Shown here: positions 58,861 through 64,000 of the stretch, one piece after another
Position numbering within the stretch: position 1 is the first letter of the stretch
Layout of the letters: each line of letters opens with the position of its first letter
Origin: Octopus vulgaris
Lineage: Eukaryota
Direction of reading: 5' to 3'
Length of the DNA stretch: 64,000 nt
NCBI GenBank assembly: GCA_951406725.2
Contig: OX597833.1
Span: 25,916,001 to 25,980,000 of the forward strand
Notes under the pieces: generated by a model
What the model was told of the DNA's origin: nothing
Seen by the model: only the letters and a program-made list of their open reading frames with translations
The model's database searches: none
Program-made: the position numbers and the translations under genes

Positions 58861-59207
58861 AATGTAATGGCAAATATCGAAAACTGGATTTAGGAAATCA
58901 TTTTAATGCTTCGTTTACAATCGTTTCATTATCGTTCAGTAAGACCAATGTTGCCAAATATCATAACCATGTTGACAAATATTATTTGCTTTCCGTGTGT
59001 TATAAAACAGATCCTACATAATACATGAAAATTAGTCAATAAGTTATTTGCGATCTCAAATTCTTCGATATTTGTCATACACATCTCATGAATATCTTGT
59101 GATTTTTAGATAATAGAAGTGGTTGCGTGAAACACTCCCCACTGTTAAAATTTCAGATAACCATTATCTGAAGAATGTTTCATGAAAACACCAGGATTTT
59201 ACATCCA

Positions 59208-59254
<47 letters not shown>

Positions 59255-59273
59255 TATATTGGACTTTCCCCCT

Positions 59274-59308
59274 GTTTCTGAAGAGGGGTTTTACTCGAAA
59301 CGTTAAAC
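59274..59308 (+). ncRNA. Minimal hammerhead motif
   Basis: GUUU-CUGAAGA-g-GGGU-uuu-ACUC-GAAAC-GUU/AAAC. Confidence 0.7.
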
Positions 59309-59411
59309 CACCTTTCTTTCCTTGCCTGAGCGTCTGCTAATACTTTACATGTATCACGTCCTCACGTTGTTGTTTTTTGTGTTTGTTCTTTGTTTTTTTG
59401 TGGGGTGGATT

Positions 59412-59455
<44 letters not shown>

Positions 59456-59830
59456 GTTCTGCCGGCTTAACAGTAGGCATATAATAATAATTCAATGTAA
59501 AATCTGAGTAAACTGATGTCACTTATTAATAGCTTTTCCGCTATTTTTAACTTTAACGATACAACTTGTCTGTTCAATACCAAAATTCGATAATGGTAAA
59601 AATAATCTTCTAAACTTTCAATTATTGTAAAATGACGTTGCAAATATCTAAAACAAAAGTTAATGCTGTTCGCTATCTGTCAACCACTTGGCTTCCATAT
59701 AAGCCTCTTTATAAAAGCAAATGCGCAGGACTTATGTTTATGCTTTTCTCTTTCAAATGAAGACACTGTATATTTCACACGTAAGATATGTACCAACTTA
59801 CTCTTTACATATATATATAGAGAGAGAGTA

Positions 59831-59863
<33 letters not shown>

Positions 59864-60078
59864 GACAGACAGACAGCCTGACAGACAGACAGTGACAGAG
59901 ACAAACAGACAGATAGAGAGAGCAGTAGAGTGAGCAAGAGGAAGTTCATACGGAGTTAAAAAGTGTTAGAAACTATTGGTCAGGATTTCAGGCAATACAA
60001 CAGAACCCGATACCACGTTGTTGTGAAGGAAATCTCTTAAACCACCGAGTCATACTTTTTAAGCACACACACACACAT

Positions 60079-60130
<52 letters not shown>

Positions 60131-62010
60131 AAACACATGTGTGTGTGTGTGTGTGTGTGTGTAAACAATAAATTAAATAGTGAGATACAAATGGCAATCC
60201 AACAATTTATTTATATTTATTTATATTTAACACAATATAATATAATATAATATGAGATAGCATAAACAATTATTTAAAAAAACAAAAACCCAACAATTTG
60301 TTTCGAATTATATACATTGTTTGATATATATAAAGCATTCAATTCCCTTATATATAAGCCTCATCGGGGCAATTGGTGTGTACATAGAGGAAATTTCGTG
60401 TGAAGAATTGATGGATTGTAAAAACAATTAATTCAAATGCTTATGTATTATGAGCGGGAGCATTAGCCAGTCAACTACATATAAATTACATAAAAAAATT
60501 AAAAAACAACAGAATTATAACGGACAAGACAATTAAGTAAGTAGAATCTACAACCATCGAAATATATTTCTATATATCTCAAATAATATCAATCCAAACT
60601 CGTTTATGTCTAAGACAATCTTTCGCTATTACAATAACATACAATAAAATATATGTATATAATTGAGTATCAGGGTCTTATCAAACCTAGAAACTGTAAT
60701 AAAACGTATAAAAAGATACAAATGACAATTATATATTTAATAATAAGAGTAGAAATTAATATTGTCAAATAATATTATTAAATAATATCAATTTTAACTA
60801 GCGGTCACCATACTTAAAAACGTCCGAGGACCATGAATGTTATTTAAACATAAGCAATATAAATGATAAATGTATTTTTAATATAGAATAACTTTTTTAC
60901 TTATACAAAGTTATTGATATAATAAAAAGTTGTTTAAAGTAACCAATAAAGCGTGTTCTATATTTATTGTTTATCGGAAGGAGAATTCCGTAATATATAT
61001 GAATAAAAATCTATCAAAAATTTGTCTTTGTTTACTTAATTTATAGTAGGGAGAATTCCGTAATAAATATGATGATAAATTTAGAGCTACAAACCCTACA
61101 ACCTATATTACCCCATAGATATAGAGTTAGGCTATAACAATGGATATCAAAATATTACTAGATTTTTAGAATTGACGAGATAATATAAGGATTATTTATT
61201 ATTCATATATTATTGAAGGGAAAACTCATAACATTATACGTATCATAATTATACTTACTAAATTATTGGATTGACATTTGTATTTCTCTATTTAATATAT
61301 TGTTTGTAATTCGAATTATACCCATATTTATGTAGTATTCAACCGACGTACCAGTGAACTTTATGCTTTACATCACCCTTTGAAGGAATTTTTTCCTTTG
61401 TTTCTTACCTTATACACAGACAGACAGACACACGTGTATATATATATACACACACACACATATATATACGCACATATATATATATATACACAAATATCTT
61501 ATAATTATAATTGTGTTTATAATTATAAAATATTTGTATATTTTTACCTATAAAGGATATTTTAACGAACCGATCTACTTGTTCAAATTATTAATTAATT
61601 GATTGATTAATTAATTAATTTAATTGATAATTTTTTTACACTTTTAACGTTAATTATATATATATATATGTATATATATAATTGAAAGAGAGTTAGAGGT
61701 TGTGCATCCAACCAACTAAGGGATAATCTCTAACCAATATGCTGCTGGTAGAATACCCAATTAATACTCAAGTGTTGGTTATTGCGTGGCAATTACACTA
61801 CTGTGTAGAATAATTAGGCAAGGGTAATAAGTGGTTTTACCCGAAATCTATATGACATGAAGAAAATGGAAGTAATCCAGAGGTAGTATCCATCAGCTGT
61901 TAGACATATATATATATATATATATATACATACATACATACATACATACAAACATACATATATATGTGCATAAATTAGCCCTATGAACTTCTTGGACTAT
62001 CTTACAAAAC

Positions 62011-62122
62011 TCTCTGACGAAGCCTAGAGGCATACCCAAGAACCCCAATTATTTACAGTACACTGAAAACATGGAAAAAACATGTGGGGTACTGTGACCT
62101 CTTGGCAGAAACAGCTGTAGGA
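62011..62122 (+). ncRNA. Hammerhead-like motif with long stem II
   Basis: UCU-CUGACGA-a-GCCUAGAGG...CCUCUUGGC-a-GAAAC-AGCU-GUA/GGA; stem I only 3 bp. Confidence 0.7.
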
Positions 62123-62169
62123 AACTGCTCTTCTCTCTCTATTCTAGAAATTAATAGTATTTTACACAT

Positions 62170-62241
<72 letters not shown>

Positions 62242-62300
62242 AAAATATTATTGGTGAATTGAAGAAATGGAGCTGAACGAAGATTGAACAGAAATCGTTT

Positions 62301-62393
62301 TATTTCATTCTACACGTGTTTCGAAAGGCACAATTTACCAAAATCCGATTGAATAATGAGACCATATTGTGTCTTTCTCTTCAGGAAGAAATA
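62301..62393 (-). ncRNA. Type-I hammerhead ribozyme, intact core
   Basis: UAUUUCUUC-CUGAAGA-GAAAGACACAAU...AUUGUGCCUUUC-GAAAC-ACGU-GUA/GAAUGAAAUA; predicted cut between 62311 and 62310. Confidence 0.85.
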
Positions 62394-62611
62394 GGAAATC
62401 CGTTGGAAAAAACAAAAACAGAACAGAATCTTCGTTCAGCTCCATTTCTTCAATTCACCAATAATATTTTAATTTCAATTATCCGCACCAACGCACGGTT
62501 ACAGCACCATATGGTTGTACCTCCAACCGTGCTGTCTTCTGCTGGGAGTACCAAGGTATCGGTTAAACTTTTGATTAATCTGCTACAAGATTATTCATCT
62601 TTCTATTTCAC

Positions 62612-62666
<55 letters not shown>

Positions 62667-62797
62667 ATATTAGGGAAACCACTATGTGGACACTTATGCT
62701 AGAAATAGATCTATGGTCTTACCACTAAAAAATGTTCTCAATTTCTTAGTGGTAAGACCATAGCCTAGCATAATTCACATAGTGGTTCCTCTAATAT
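62667..62797. repeat. ~130-bp hairpin
   Basis: atattagggaaaccactatgtg...ctatggtcttaccactaa / ttagtggtaagaccatag...cacatagtggttcctctaatat. Confidence 0.85.
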
Positions 62798-62960
62798 GTA
62801 TATAATACAATTTTACTTAACCTTCAGTTTTTTTTAATATGCTAGACCACTGGTGTGAAATCGATGTTAATTAAATTAATATCTAATTTCTCACCCTCAT
62901 TTTAAATTATATATATATATATATATATATATTATCTGAACTGGTTAAAATAAATAAATA

Positions 62961-63129
62961 GGCGCAGGAGTGGCTGTGTGGTAAGTAGCTTGCTTACGAA
63001 CCAATGGTTCCGGTTCAGTCCCACTGCGTGGCACCTTCGGCAAGTGTCTTCTACTATAGCCCCGGGCCGACCAAAGCCTTGTGAGGGGATTTGGTAGACG
63101 GAAACTGAAAGAAGCCCGTCGTATATATG

Positions 63130-63163
<34 letters not shown>

Positions 63164-63378
63164 AGTGTTTGTGTGTCTGTGTTTGTCACCCTAGCATTGC
63201 TTGACAACCGATGCTGGTGTGTCTACGTTTCCGTTACTTAGCGGTTCGGCAAAATAGACCGATAGAATAAGTACTGGGCTTACAAAAGAATAAGTCCCGG
63301 GTTCGAGTTGCTCGATTAAAGGCGGTGCCCCAGCATGGCCGCAGTCAAATGACTGAAACAAGTAAAAGAGTAAAAGAG
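62961..63378 (+). mobile_element. Full-length SINE family A
   Basis: Near-identical to 27674-28104. Confidence 0.9.
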
Positions 63379-64000
63379 AGAGATATATAATATAATGTCT
63401 AACGGCTGATAAATACTTCCTTATTCTTCATATTCTTTTTGCCATAAATATATACAGTTATATTATTATTAATAAACATGATGAGCTTATTGTAAGTTGC
63501 CAATATTTTAAATAGAAATGTTTTTCTATACTATAAACATGTTATCATTATAACTATACTCACTAATTTATGGCTCAAGTTTAATGCTTAGTCAACATAA
63601 TATAATGCAATAAATAAACATAAACATATATATACATACAAGCAAAACTATATATATGTGTGTGTGTGTGTGTGTATGTATGTGTGTGTGTGCGTGCATG
63701 TGTGCGTGTGTGTTTGTATGTAACATTTATTTGGGGACGAACCTCCTGAAACAGTCTGAGCTAATTTGGAATACTCCTTTCTATACAGAAATCAGCAAGT
63801 AGATCATTCGATTCATGCAGAAGCTGATCCGGCTTGAATTTTATCAAGCGAATCATTAGAAATAGCATAAGATAAAAAGAAATACTCAGATCTCTGTATT
63901 CGGATGTGCGCATTATTATTGAAAGTGCCAAATCAAGCCGAAACGGTATTGATTTATCTGCTGTTCGTCTGGTGTTTTTCTCAGCGAACTCTATGTTTCT

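Overview
AT-rich, microsatellite-dense animal genomic DNA, most likely octopus (inferred from the SINE families and (TA)n/(CA)n density). Five small minus-strand exons splice in frame into the N-terminal part of a PLEKHG7-like RhoGEF (51292-51211, 34958-34783, 33298-33252, 30971-30873, 8935-8783), so most of the window is intron. The introns hold a decayed Tx1-type LINE, Penelope-like elements (PLEs), two R4/Dong-like LINE 3' ends abutting (TAA)n, an RTE fragment, Tc1 and mariner relics, a non-autonomous Helitron carrying a 42-bp minisatellite, a possible DIRS/Ngaro relic and many SINEs. The most notable signal is about 15 type-I hammerhead ribozyme-like motifs from several sequence families, carried by short non-coding, often palindromic elements mostly beside (TA)n/(CA)n tracts; at least one (62301-62393, minus) looks intact. 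Almost all ORFs in the supplied track are microsatellite artefacts. All calls were made by eye; repeat boundaries are approximate.
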